Shown: positions 31,582 to 41,884, counted from the first letter of the stretch. The stretch is DNA of 64,000 nt from PVC group bacterium (GCA_024231215.1 JAAEQR010000195.1:142755-206754), one strand, 5' to 3'. Notes: generated by a model not told the origin, from the sequence alone. Made by a program: numbers and translations.

Positions 31582-32438
31582 TGAAAAGTATGGTGGGAAG
31601 AATCACTGAAGCAGGACGTTTATTGGTCACTAACCCAAGATTGTTTTTTTTAAAAATTTATGCTACTTTGAGATCGTTGTATCCCTTATCAAAATATCCG
31701 ATCTTAAAAAAAATAAATGGAATTAACTTTGAGTTTGATTTTTCCTATGACGCTGCTATAAAACATATGTATACTGGAACTTATGAGGCAGAGACAGTTC
31801 AAGTGATGAAGAGATTCCTGAAGGAAGGAGATACTTTTGTAGATATAGGTTCTAATGTGGGTTATTTATCTGCTATCGCTGCAGGATTTGTAGGGACAAG
31901 AGGGCAAGTTCATAGTTTTGAGCCAGTACCAAAATATTTCTCAAAATTGCAAAATGTAGCTTTGCTTAACTCGCAATATAACATTAAACCAAATCAATTT
32001 GCGTTAGGGGAAAAAGATGGGGTTGCTAGGATTTCGATCACCAATCTTCCTAACATTGGATGGAATACAATTGTGCCTGGTTTTATGAGTAAAGATACAA
32101 CTAAAGAATCTATTGAGGTTTCTGTTCGTAAATTTGATGATTATGCTCGAGAGAATTCCTTGAATAAAGTTTCCTTAATAAAAGTAGATACAGAAGGCTT
32201 TGAATTTCCTGTATTAAAGGGATTCAGCAGGTTTTTTGATGATAGAAGTATTTTACCTATAGTGATTTGTGAAATTGCGCCCATGGCATATTCATTTTTA
32301 GGTTGTACGCTTGAACAGTTGTCTCAATATATGAGAGGATATAGCTATGAAGCGTTTGAGGTTACAAATATAAGCAAAAAAATAGACATCTTAGCATTGA
32401 AAAAAACTACAAATGTTATATTTATACATTCGAGATAA
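31581..32438 (+). CDS. FkbM-family methyltransferase
   Basis: VDIGSNVG, HSFEP, IKVDTEGFEFPVLKG; AGGAGG SD. Confidence 0.92.
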   Translation: MKSMVGRITEAGRLLVTNPRLFFLKIYATLRSLYPLSKYPILKKINGINFEFDFSYDAAIKHMYTGTYEAETVQVMKRFLKEGDTFVDIGSNVGYLSAIAAGFVGTRGQVHSFEPVPKYFSKLQNVALLNSQYNIKPNQFALGEKDGVARISITNLPNIGWNTIVPGFMSKDTTKESIEVSVRKFDDYARENSLNKVSLIKVDTEGFEFPVLKGFSRFFDDRSILPIVICEIAPMAYSFLGCTLEQLSQYMRGYSYEAFEVTNISKKIDILALKKTTNVIFIHSR

Positions 32439-32481
32439 TGTTAAATTTAAGGCATAGTTGATATAGTTATAGTGCGTATTT

Positions 32482-32706
32482 GTGTTCATTGTAATAATGC
32501 GTTTTCCTGTAAATACAATAGATTATAAGATAAAAAGTTTAAAAAGTTATCAGTATTACTTTTTCTTGTTAATATTTTTGCCTATTTATCCGTTTTCAAA
32601 ACTAATGAATTTTTATTTACAGGATAAGTCGGAACAGGAATGGAAGAAGAAAATAAATAAGAATAACGGAAGCGAAATGTATTTATACTACAAAAGGATA
32701 TTATGA
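32482..32706 (+). pseudogene. Orphan duplicate of the 3' end of the 30595-31581 methyltransferase
   Basis: 32511-32579 is identical to 31365-31433 (69 bp); flanks are diverged but colinear (NGSEMY in both); no SAM domain. Confidence 0.85.
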
Positions 32707-34484
32707 AGAATGGGCCGTTAGTTTCAATAATAACACCGTCATATAACTCGGCACGTTTTTTATCTGAAGCAGTAGCGTCTGTGTTGAATCAGACTTATCG
32801 GAATTGGGAAATGCTGATTGTCGATGACGGTTCTACGGATGACACTTTATTGCTGGCAAGAAGATATGAAGAAAAAGACAAACGGATCAAGGTGTTTGCA
32901 TTAGATCCTAGCAGTGGCGGGCCTGCGATACCAAGAAACTATGGAATGCGGCAAGCGAAGGGCAGTTATATCGCTTTTTTGGATTCCGATGATATGTGGT
33001 TTGCGGAAAAACTTCAAAAGCAGGTTGATTTGATGGAGAAGAGCAAAGATGTTTTTTTATTATATTCGCAGTGTATTGTCGAAAAAGACGGCAGGCAGTG
33101 TAGTATAAAGCCGGCAAATCCGAAGAAGGGTTGTATTTTTAATGATCTTTTATACGGAAATATCATTGCTTGTAATACAGTGATGATAAGAAATAATAAG
33201 GATGATAATGCCTATTTTTTCGATGAGGATAAAAAGCTTGTTGCCGTTGAGGACTATGCTATGTGGTTATCAATTGCCTCTAAAGAACAAATATCTTTTA
33301 TAAAGGAGCCTCTTGCTGTTTATCGAATTCATTTAGGAGGTATATCGTCTAGTGCATTTGTAAATTTTAAAAAAAGCGGCTTAGTTATTAGGAGATTTAG
33401 GCATTTAGTCTCTAAATTGACTTGGCTTAAAGTTCAAATAAATTTTTATATGAAACTTGGCTTTGTGGGGATAATGGTTTCTTTAATAAAAATTAAAAAT
33501 TTTATTATGAAAAATGCACCAGATAAGCAGAAGATAGCAGCGCTTTGCAAATTGTCATTTATTATTGCGACTGTTGATAGAGATGAGCAATTACAGCAAT
33601 GTATTAACTCAATTGAGGAAGCACATCAATTTAGGAAGGATATTTCAATTGAAATATTAATAATTATTCAAAACGCAAAGAAAAATAAAAATATCAAAAT
33701 ACGCTATCCGGAATTTACTTATATCTATCAAATAAATGATCGGGGATTATCTGTATCCAGAAATTTTGCTATAGAAAAAAGCACAGGGGATTATCTTGTG
33801 TTTTTAGACGATGATGCGACAGTAAAAATGGATTTTATTGACGAATTGACTAAAAAAATCTTAGCATATCCGAAAATTAACGCTTTTTGCGGGAAACTTT
33901 TAGACATTGATCAGCATACTCCTTTTTCAGTTCTTTTTAAAAATAACAGTATTAAAAAATTACGCAGGATAGATTACCAGTATTTTATGGGCAGCGCTCA
34001 TGTGTTAAGCCGGAGAGTTATTGAAAAGATTGGTATGTATGACAGCCGTTTTGGAGTAGGTTCAGCATGTTATGGTGGAAGCGAAGAAACGGACATGTTT
34101 TTTAGATTAAAGGCTCAGAGAGAACTAGTTTTATATTTACCCGGCTTAATTTTTTATCATCCAATCCCAGAAATGCGGCCTGAGAATGTTTATGATTATT
34201 CGTATAGCATTGGAGCAGTATTTGTAAAAAATGCGGCAAAGGATAGGCTCTTTTTTTTCATATATTTTGTGGTGGCGTGTAAAATTATATTAAAAGCACT
34301 AATACGGATATTACAGCAGGTAATTTTAGCCATATTCAATATACAGTATAAAAAAGAATATAAGTATAGTTTTGTTCTTAAGGGGCTTTTAGCTGGTATA
34401 ATTAACTACATTAGAGGTAAAAAACAAACTGTTGAAACATTGAAGGGTAAATTTAATTCTCAAGATGGAAAAACGAGGGCATAA
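32703..34484 (+). CDS. Tandem GT2-GT2 glycosyltransferase
   Basis: VSIITPSYN...FLDSDD, then a second domain SFIIATVDR...FLDDD...SEETD. Confidence 0.88.
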   Translation: MKNGPLVSIITPSYNSARFLSEAVASVLNQTYRNWEMLIVDDGSTDDTLLLARRYEEKDKRIKVFALDPSSGGPAIPRNYGMRQAKGSYIAFLDSDDMWFAEKLQKQVDLMEKSKDVFLLYSQCIVEKDGRQCSIKPANPKKGCIFNDLLYGNIIACNTVMIRNNKDDNAYFFDEDKKLVAVEDYAMWLSIASKEQISFIKEPLAVYRIHLGGISSSAFVNFKKSGLVIRRFRHLVSKLTWLKVQINFYMKLGFVGIMVSLIKIKNFIMKNAPDKQKIAALCKLSFIIATVDRDEQLQQCINSIEEAHQFRKDISIEILIIIQNAKKNKNIKIRYPEFTYIYQINDRGLSVSRNFAIEKSTGDYLVFLDDDATVKMDFIDELTKKILAYPKINAFCGKLLDIDQHTPFSVLFKNNSIKKLRRIDYQYFMGSAHVLSRRVIEKIGMYDSRFGVGSACYGGSEETDMFFRLKAQRELVLYLPGLIFYHPIPEMRPENVYDYSYSIGAVFVKNAAKDRLFFFIYFVVACKIILKALIRILQQVILAIFNIQYKKEYKYSFVLKGLLAGIINYIRGKKQTVETLKGKFNSQDGKTRA

Positions 34485-34485
34485 A

Positions 34486-35736
34486 ATGTACACAGAGATA
34501 AATAAATGTAGGATTTGTGGTAATACTAATCTGGAGCAGGTGCTTGATTTAGGAGAGCAGATGTTGACTGGGGTATTCCCATGCGAGAAGGGTGAGAAGC
34601 TTACAGTCGGTCCTTTACGACTGGTAAAATGTATGGGAGCAGATGATGTTTGCGGGTTATTACAGCTTGAGCATTCTTATGATTCAGAAGAGATGTATGG
34701 GGAAAACTATGGTTATCGTTCCGGCTTAAATTCCAGCATGGTTGCGCATTTGCATGATAAGGTGAAAAAAATCATTGAACAGGTCGAGCTGAATAAAGGT
34801 GATCTGATCATTGATATTGGCAGTAATGATAGTACTTTGCTTCAAGCTTATCCCAGAGAAGGATTGGACCTTGTCGGTATGGACCCTACCGGTGAAAAAT
34901 TTAAGAAATATTACCCTGAACATATAAAATTAATTCCTGAGTTTTTCTCCTCAGAATCTTTTAAGAAGAATTTTGGGGAAAGAAAAGCAAAAGTTGTTAC
35001 TTCTATTGCGATGTTTTATGATCTAGAGCGACCGCTTGATTTTGTTAGGCAAGTGCATGAAATATTAGCTGATGACGGTATTTGGGTGTTTGAACAGAGC
35101 TATCTGCCCACAATGTTGGAAATGAATGCATATGATACTGTTTGCCATGAACATTTAGAGTACTACTGTTTGAAGCAAATAAAATGGATGGCTGAACAAC
35201 TTGAATTTAAAATTGTTGATGTAGAATTAAATGAAATTAATGGAGGGAGCTTTTCAGTTACTATTGCCAAGTCGACTTCTGCGTATCCTTGTAATACGAA
35301 ATTTATTGAAAAGATATTGCAGGAAGAAGCGGCCAAGGAATTGCATACTATAAAGCCCTATGATGAATTTAAAAAAAGAGTTTTAGCTAGTCGAAGTGAA
35401 TTGATGGGGTTTATTCAAAAAGTGAAAAGTGAAAATAAATGCTTATTAGGTTACGGTGCTTCTACTAAAGGTAATGTGATTTTGCAATTTTGTGATTTAG
35501 GAACAGCAGACATCCCGGCTATTGCGGAAGTAAATGTAGATAAGTATGGTTGTTATACCCCAAATACCAATATTCCTATTATATCCGAAGAAGATGTAAA
35601 AAAAATGAATCCTGATTATTTGTTGGTTTTTCCTTGGCATTTTAAAGATAATATTATTGACCGCGAAACAGAGTATTTGAATTCAGGTGGGAAATTAGTA
35701 TTTCCTTTGCCTCATTTGGAGGTTGTGCAGAAATGA
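34486..35736 (+). CDS. NDP-hexose C-methyltransferase
   Basis: Zn motif CRICG...C...CGLLQL; IDIGSNDS; CHEHLEYY; GYGASTKGN; FPWHFK. Confidence 0.88.
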   Translation: MYTEINKCRICGNTNLEQVLDLGEQMLTGVFPCEKGEKLTVGPLRLVKCMGADDVCGLLQLEHSYDSEEMYGENYGYRSGLNSSMVAHLHDKVKKIIEQVELNKGDLIIDIGSNDSTLLQAYPREGLDLVGMDPTGEKFKKYYPEHIKLIPEFFSSESFKKNFGERKAKVVTSIAMFYDLERPLDFVRQVHEILADDGIWVFEQSYLPTMLEMNAYDTVCHEHLEYYCLKQIKWMAEQLEFKIVDVELNEINGGSFSVTIAKSTSAYPCNTKFIEKILQEEAAKELHTIKPYDEFKKRVLASRSELMGFIQKVKSENKCLLGYGASTKGNVILQFCDLGTADIPAIAEVNVDKYGCYTPNTNIPIISEEDVKKMNPDYLLVFPWHFKDNIIDRETEYLNSGGKLVFPLPHLEVVQK

Positions 35737-36680
35737 AAAAAGCAGTAATTGTCGGATGTAATGGACAAGATGGTAAAGTACTCAATAAATACTTACTTGA
35801 AAAAGAGTATATAATTGTAGGGATAGACAGAGAATTTATTAGTTGCTCTGACAACCTTAGTTGTAATTCTGTTGATATTATAAATTCAAAGGATGTGTAT
35901 GATCTGATAAGTAATTTTCAGCCGGATGAAGTTTATTATTTAGCAGCATTCCATCACTCATCGGAAGATGCGACTATTGAAAATAATACATTACTTCAAA
36001 AAAGCTATGATGTCCAGGTGCGGGGATTTGCTAATTTCCTTGAGGGAATAAGGCAGTATTCTCCGCAAACTAGGATATTCTATGCTGCTTCTTCTCACAT
36101 TTTTGGCAAACCTGAAAGTGAGTTGCAAGATGAAAATACTGCAATAAATCCGACCAATATCTATGGCATTACTAAAGCTGCGGGGTTGTTCATGTGTCGT
36201 TTGTACAGAAGTAGTTATTCTGTTTTTGCATCAGCCGGTATATTATATAATCATGAATCGTTGTTCCGCGAAGAAAAATTTATTTCAAAGAAAATAATCA
36301 ATAGTGCTGTAAAAATTAAAAATAAAAGTCAGGAGAAAATTGTTATTGGCAATCTAAAGCATGAAGCTGATTGGGGTTATGCTCCGGATTATGTCAGGGC
36401 GATGCATGCAATGCTTAATATTGAAAAAGCCGATGATTTTATTGTTGCTACCGGGAAGAAGCATAGTGTTCTTGATTTTATTAAGATAGCATTTGGTTAT
36501 TTAGATTTAGATTGGCAGTTATATGTTGAAGAAAATAACTTAATAATTTCAAAAGATAATAATTGTCTCGTAGGGAATTCGCAAAAGTTGCGGGAGGTTA
36601 CGGGATGGCAGCCATCGGTTGATTTTAAAGAAATGATACAGAAGATGATTGATGAAACAACTTTAGCTGAGGAGGTTTGA
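35733..36680 (+). CDS. GMD-family SDR, probably an NDP-4-keto sugar reductase
   Basis: GCNGQDG, YGITK, ILYNHES, DWGYAPDYV; ASSHIFG in place of GMD STSELYG. Confidence 0.75.
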   Translation: MKKAVIVGCNGQDGKVLNKYLLEKEYIIVGIDREFISCSDNLSCNSVDIINSKDVYDLISNFQPDEVYYLAAFHHSSEDATIENNTLLQKSYDVQVRGFANFLEGIRQYSPQTRIFYAASSHIFGKPESELQDENTAINPTNIYGITKAAGLFMCRLYRSSYSVFASAGILYNHESLFREEKFISKKIINSAVKIKNKSQEKIVIGNLKHEADWGYAPDYVRAMHAMLNIEKADDFIVATGKKHSVLDFIKIAFGYLDLDWQLYVEENNLIISKDNNCLVGNSQKLREVTGWQPSVDFKEMIQKMIDETTLAEEV

Positions 36681-36681
36681 A

Positions 36682-37728
36682 ATGGCGAATAATATAGCTC
36701 TTTCGATATGTATACCAACTCGTAATCGAGCCAGTTTGCTTGCTGAAACTCTTGAAAATATAATTTCGCAGGCAAATGATGCTGTTGAAATAGTAATAGT
36801 AGATGGAGCTTCAAAAGATAATACAACGGAGGTTGTAGAGCAGTTTAAGAGAAAGTTTAGTAATCTGGTATATTATCGCGGCGAAAAAAATATGGGTGTT
36901 GATAGAGATATGGCAAAAACTATTGAAATCGCTAGTGGGGAATATTGCTGGATGCTTTCTGATGATGATCTGCTTGCTTCGGGAGCAATTGAAAGAATGT
37001 TAAAAGAGATAGAATCAAAATGTGAAATATATTTATGCAATATAACGGCGTGCAATTTATATATGAAGCATTACAAGGAGATATCCTGGCTTTCAAGGGA
37101 TGTAAAAGATAGGGTTTTTAATCTTCATGATAAAAAGGAATTAGAGCAGTACTGCAATAATGCAAGATCGATTGGTGCATTATTTAGCTATATGAGTTCA
37201 ATTATAGTAAATCGTAAGGAATGGAGTAAAGTTGGATTCCAACACGATTCTGATGGCACTGCTTATGCGCTTGCTGCTTCACTCATGTCGCTTATTAAAA
37301 CCAAGTGTAGACTTAAGTACATCAAAAGCTCGCTTGTTCTTTGGCGTGGTGATAATGAAAGTTTTCAGACCCCCGGAGGATTAATAAAAAGATTCTTACT
37401 TGATCTTGACGGGTATTTAAAACTGGCCGATAAGTATTTAATAGATGATAAAAATGTGAGAAATTCATTTTTAAAGGTTATGACACGTGAACATCCATGG
37501 TATACAATTATACATGTTGCATCATATTTTAAAGATATTGAATCATGGAAAGATTTTAAGCGCAAACTAATTGCTTTTGGATATAATTCCAGCATGGTTG
37601 ATTTTTTTTATTTTTGCGGAAGGAATAAGTCTCTGGTATCCATTGCCGTTAAGATCAAGCGCAGCATAGTCCGCAGCGGAATTTATCTATGGCTAAATAA
37701 AATAAAGGGGATGCAAGACCCGGTATAA
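36682..37728 (+). CDS. GT2 glycosyltransferase, RfbV/abequosyltransferase-like
   Basis: LSICIPTRNR, NMGVDRDM, YCWMLSDDD, LFSYMSSIIV, RGDNESF. Confidence 0.8.
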   Translation: MANNIALSICIPTRNRASLLAETLENIISQANDAVEIVIVDGASKDNTTEVVEQFKRKFSNLVYYRGEKNMGVDRDMAKTIEIASGEYCWMLSDDDLLASGAIERMLKEIESKCEIYLCNITACNLYMKHYKEISWLSRDVKDRVFNLHDKKELEQYCNNARSIGALFSYMSSIIVNRKEWSKVGFQHDSDGTAYALAASLMSLIKTKCRLKYIKSSLVLWRGDNESFQTPGGLIKRFLLDLDGYLKLADKYLIDDKNVRNSFLKVMTREHPWYTIIHVASYFKDIESWKDFKRKLIAFGYNSSMVDFFYFCGRNKSLVSIAVKIKRSIVRSGIYLWLNKIKGMQDPV

Positions 37729-37749
37729 TTCAGAACATATATTTTACAT

Positions 37750-39018
37750 ATGAAAAAAATATTTAATTATTTAATGATATCCAATATTTTTACCGGTGGC
37801 TTTGTTTTTACAACAGAGCTGTTTGATCTGTATTTGAGTTATCTTTTTATATTCTTTTTCACATTTTCGTATATATTTTCCCATAACAAATTAAATATTA
37901 ATCGAAAATTCATTTATATTTTAGTACTTTTCTCTTTTTTTTCATTTTTAAATGTTTTGCTTGGGAATAATTCCATTTCTTTTCTATCAAAGACAGTAGT
38001 TGGATTTATCGTTAATGGCATACCATATTATTTGCTAATTCGCTTAAATGATAACAACATAGATAAGCTCTTTCGTATATACTTGAAACTCGCGTGCGTT
38101 GTTGCTCTTATCGGAGTTTTTCAGGAAATAAGTTTCTTGGTTGGATTTGAATATGGTTATGATTTCCGATTTTTCATTCCCAGAATGGTGGCTCCTCATT
38201 CGCAATTAGGAATGCTTAAAGTTACATCGATTATCCCGGAACCAGCTCATTTTGGCGCAGTCATGGCTCCTGCGATCTTTGTATCAATCTTAAATATTTT
38301 TCAAAAGAAAAAATATTTCATAAGTCAAAAGATGAGTTGCTTGATAATTATAAGTGTTATGTTGTCATTTTCGTTAGTTGCCTATCTGAGCATTGTTGTT
38401 GTTTTTATTTTAATAATGTTAAATTATAAAAGAGTTCAATTAATAACTGTGTTTGCAATAATTTTAGGGTCTTTAATGTTTACAACCTACAAACATTTTC
38501 CTGAATTTAGATTTAAGATCAATGATACAGTTTCAGTTATTAGCGGTAATGTTCCGCTTTATAAGGTCAATCTAAGCACGTTTGCTTTTTGTAGTAATGG
38601 TTTTGTGGCTTATAAAAGTTTTATGAGTAACCCATTGATCGGGTCGGGACTGGGGAGTCATCCAATGTCTTATGACCGCTATATTGCTGCTGTTATAGAT
38701 TCAAAAATTAATAAGTGGGCTTTAAATAGAAAAGATGCATCAGCGTTGTTTTTTAGGGTTGTTTCGGAAACAGGTTTGATTGGGATATTTTTGGTTTTTA
38801 GTTTTATGTTTAAATTCCATGTGTCTAGAAAGAAGGACGATTATTTATGGATTATAAGTAATGCAATAACTTGCTTGTTTGTTTTGAAATTGTTGAGACA
38901 GGGAAATTATTTTTATAATGGATTTTTTTTCTTTGTGTGGGTATATTATTTTGCATATAAGAATATGCCTATTAAAGCAAGATTTTTACTGGAGAAAAAA
39001 TATAGTGAGAGAGAATAG
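37750..39018 (+). CDS. wzy: Polysaccharide polymerase / O-antigen ligase-like membrane protein
   Basis: Many TM segments; EPAHF, NPLIGSGLG and SETGLIG loop motifs; located among the GT genes. Confidence 0.7.
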   Translation: MKKIFNYLMISNIFTGGFVFTTELFDLYLSYLFIFFFTFSYIFSHNKLNINRKFIYILVLFSFFSFLNVLLGNNSISFLSKTVVGFIVNGIPYYLLIRLNDNNIDKLFRIYLKLACVVALIGVFQEISFLVGFEYGYDFRFFIPRMVAPHSQLGMLKVTSIIPEPAHFGAVMAPAIFVSILNIFQKKKYFISQKMSCLIIISVMLSFSLVAYLSIVVVFILIMLNYKRVQLITVFAIILGSLMFTTYKHFPEFRFKINDTVSVISGNVPLYKVNLSTFAFCSNGFVAYKSFMSNPLIGSGLGSHPMSYDRYIAAVIDSKINKWALNRKDASALFFRVVSETGLIGIFLVFSFMFKFHVSRKKDDYLWIISNAITCLFVLKLLRQGNYFYNGFFFFVWVYYFAYKNMPIKARFLLEKKYSERE

Positions 39019-39022
39019 AAGT

Positions 39023-40102
39023 TTGAAGAAAATTGTTGTTTCAGCGATAAATATCTCTGATGGTGGGGCACTATCAATTTTGAAAGAATGCTTAGGCTAC
39101 CTTTCGAGTAATTTAGCAAATGAGTACGAAATTATTGCTCTAGTTAACAATAAGGCGATTTTTGACTATAAAAATATAAAATTTTACTCCTTTCCAAAAT
39201 CAAAAAAATCATGGTTAGCAAGATTATATTATGAGTATATTTATTTTTATGGTTTTTCAAAAAAATTAAAGCCATATCTATGGGTTTCCTTGCATGATAT
39301 GACTCCAAATGTTAAAGCGGATATTCAGGCTGTTTATTGTCATAACCCTTCACCTTTTTATAAATTATCTTCGAAGGAGGCATTTTTAGGAGGTTATAAG
39401 TTCTTATTGTTTAATTTGTTTTATCGTTATTTGTATGCTATTAATATAAAGAGAAATAAATATGTAATTGTGCAGCAGGATGCTTTGAGAAGAAAATTTA
39501 AAAAGTTTGCCGAAGCTGAGAAGGTTGTTGTGGCTCATCCGACTATGAGCAATAAAAAACAAGCCGTTGTTTCTGAAACTGCTGGCAATTCTTTTTTTTA
39601 TCCGGCCTTTGCACGAATATTTAAGAATTTCGGGGTTATTTGCAAGGCTACAGAGATTCTACTAAGCCAGGGAATAAATAACTTTCAGGTCATTTTGACT
39701 ATAAGCGGCAATGAAAATAAGTATGCCAGATATATATATAATTCTTACAAGCACGTAGAAAACATTAAATTCATAGGTGTTCAATCCAGAGAGAAGACTT
39801 TTGAATTATATAATGAATCTGATTGTGTTATATTTCCGTCAAAGTTGGAAACATGGGGTCTGCCGATAACTGAAGCTAAATCTTTTTCTAAACCTATACT
39901 TCTGGCAGATCTGGATTATGCGCATGAGGCTATAGGCGCATACGATAGGGTTAAATTTTTTAATCCTGAAGGCCCTGCGGAATTGGCTGCGATAATGAAA
40001 GAGTTTATAAATAAAAAGATTAAATTCAGAAGCACTAGTGCGAGATATATTGAACATCCCTATGCTCAAAATTGGAAACAGCTTTTTGATATTTTATTAT
40101 AA
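39023..40102 (+). CDS. wbbK: GT4 glycosyltransferase, WbbK-like
   Basis: VVSAIN..GG, SWLARLYYEY, LHD.TPNV, VYCHNPSPFYK, FPSKLETWGLP..EA; TTG start. Confidence 0.75.
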   Translation: MKKIVVSAINISDGGALSILKECLGYLSSNLANEYEIIALVNNKAIFDYKNIKFYSFPKSKKSWLARLYYEYIYFYGFSKKLKPYLWVSLHDMTPNVKADIQAVYCHNPSPFYKLSSKEAFLGGYKFLLFNLFYRYLYAINIKRNKYVIVQQDALRRKFKKFAEAEKVVVAHPTMSNKKQAVVSETAGNSFFYPAFARIFKNFGVICKATEILLSQGINNFQVILTISGNENKYARYIYNSYKHVENIKFIGVQSREKTFELYNESDCVIFPSKLETWGLPITEAKSFSKPILLADLDYAHEAIGAYDRVKFFNPEGPAELAAIMKEFINKKIKFRSTSARYIEHPYAQNWKQLFDILL

Positions 40103-40141
40103 AGAAAACCAAACCTATTTTTATGAATAAAGGTAAATTTT

Positions 40142-40741
40142 ATGAAAAATATGATTAAACGATATGGCTGCTTTGGATTGTTGAAACTTTCGATTACTTT
40201 AATTAGGAGCAAACTGTTGTATCCTAAAGCTCGTTTAATACGATTTCCAATTGACATTAGAGGTAGGAAGTATATTAATTATGGGAAAGGGTTTACTACG
40301 GGTAGAGGCTGTCGTATTGAAGCATATCCAATTGATGGTAAATCAACGACCATCATTATTGGTAATAATGTTCAGATAAATGATTATGTCCATATTACTG
40401 GTGTAAAAAAGGTTCTTATTGGGAATAATGTGTTAATAGCAGGGAAAGTTTATATTTCTGATTCAAACCATGGAAATTATTCAGGGAGTAAAGAGGATAG
40501 TAATCCATTAGTTGTTCCTACAGATAGACCATTATTTTCGAAGGAAGTTATTATTGAAGATTGTGTTTGGATAGGAGAAGCCGTTTCTATATTACCTGGG
40601 GTTACTGTTGGGAAAGGTTCAGTTATTGGAGCTAATAGTGTTGTTACAAAAAATATTCCTGAAAATGTGATAGCCGTAGGTAGTCCCGCACGTGTAATTA
40701 AAAAATTTAATTTTGTGATTAATAAATGGGAAAGGCTTTAA
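40142..40741 (+). CDS. wbbJ: O-acetyltransferase, WbbJ-like
   Basis: KRYGCFG..., RLIRFP..IR...IN.G.GFT.G.G.R, QINDYVHI, NHG, hexapeptide repeats. Confidence 0.75.
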   Translation: MKNMIKRYGCFGLLKLSITLIRSKLLYPKARLIRFPIDIRGRKYINYGKGFTTGRGCRIEAYPIDGKSTTIIIGNNVQINDYVHITGVKKVLIGNNVLIAGKVYISDSNHGNYSGSKEDSNPLVVPTDRPLFSKEVIIEDCVWIGEAVSILPGVTVGKGSVIGANSVVTKNIPENVIAVGSPARVIKKFNFVINKWERL

Positions 40742-40747
40742 ATATTT

Positions 40748-41884
40748 ATGAATAAAAATAGAAATATTTTAATTTCTGGAGGAGCAGGCTTTATTGGAAG
40801 TAGCTTGGCTCTTTATTTAAAGTCATTAGATTATAATGTGTCTGTCTTGGATAATTTAAGCCAACAGATTCATGGCGAATGTCCTGATAATTCAGATTTA
40901 TATCAAAATATTAAAGGTGAAGTTAAATTTATATTAGGGGATGTTAGAGTAAAGGAAGATTGGATTAAAGCTATTGATGGGCAGGATGTGATAATTCACT
41001 TAGCAGCAGAGACAGGAACAGGGCAGTCAATGTATGAGATTAGTAAGTATGTTGAAGTAAATGTTGGGGGCACTGCTGCATTATGGGATGTTTTAGCCAA
41101 TAATAAACATTCAATAAAAAAAGTGGTTTTAGCATCGTCAAGGGCTGTGTATGGAGAAGGGGCATATCAATGCCAAGTGGGCTGTGGTTTGGTTGCTGTG
41201 AAGTCACGCATGAAAGCGGAGCTTCAGAAAGGGCATTGGGAGCCTATTTGCTTGAAATGTGGCGGCTTGGTGGAACCTATAGCAACTTCTGAAACAGCAA
41301 CTCCAAGACCTGTTTCTTTGTATGCTTGTACAAAATTGGCTCAAGAACAAATGTCGTTAACTATTGGGGAGGCGCAAGGAATTTCGGTTGGTGTTTTGCG
41401 TTTTCAAAATGTATATGGACCGGGTCAGTCCTTGCAAAATCCTTATACGGGTATTTTATCTATTTTTTCTAATCAATTGCGTCAGAATTTACCAGTAAAT
41501 ATTTATGAGGATGGGGCTGAAAGCAGAGATTTTGTTTTCATTCAAGATGTTGTGCAGGCTTGTAAGCGAACGATGGAGCTCAGAGATTTTAATATTGTGA
41601 TTAATGTTGGGAGTGGACGACCGACGACTGTTTTGGAATTAGCTCATGTTTTAAAACAGCGCTGGAGAAGTAAGTCTTTGGTTACGGTGACAGGTGCATT
41701 TAGAGTGGGTGATATTCGGCATAACTGGGCAGACCTGACGCAGTTTTATCGGCTATGGCCAGATTGTAAGATGACGACTCTAGATGCTGGACTAGTGTCA
41801 TTTATAGAATGGGCCAGAGGACAGTTAGTTTTTGAGGATAAAACTCATAATGCAGAACAAGAATTAAAGTCTCGCAATTTATAA
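40748..41884 (+). CDS. NAD-dependent epimerase/dehydratase with Cys-rich insert
   Basis: GGAGFIG, HLAAETGTGQS, SSRAVYGEG, YACTK, NVYGPGQS. Confidence 0.88.
   Translation: MNKNRNILISGGAGFIGSSLALYLKSLDYNVSVLDNLSQQIHGECPDNSDLYQNIKGEVKFILGDVRVKEDWIKAIDGQDVIIHLAAETGTGQSMYEISKYVEVNVGGTAALWDVLANNKHSIKKVVLASSRAVYGEGAYQCQVGCGLVAVKSRMKAELQKGHWEPICLKCGGLVEPIATSETATPRPVSLYACTKLAQEQMSLTIGEAQGISVGVLRFQNVYGPGQSLQNPYTGILSIFSNQLRQNLPVNIYEDGAESRDFVFIQDVVQACKRTMELRDFNIVINVGSGRPTTVLELAHVLKQRWRSKSLVTVTGAFRVGDIRHNWADLTQFYRLWPDCKMTTLDAGLVSFIEWARGQLVFEDKTHNAEQELKSRNL

Noticed and set aside
31335-32706. Possible DGR template/variable repeat pair
   Set aside because: Differences are not restricted to adenines and no reverse transcriptase is present in the window
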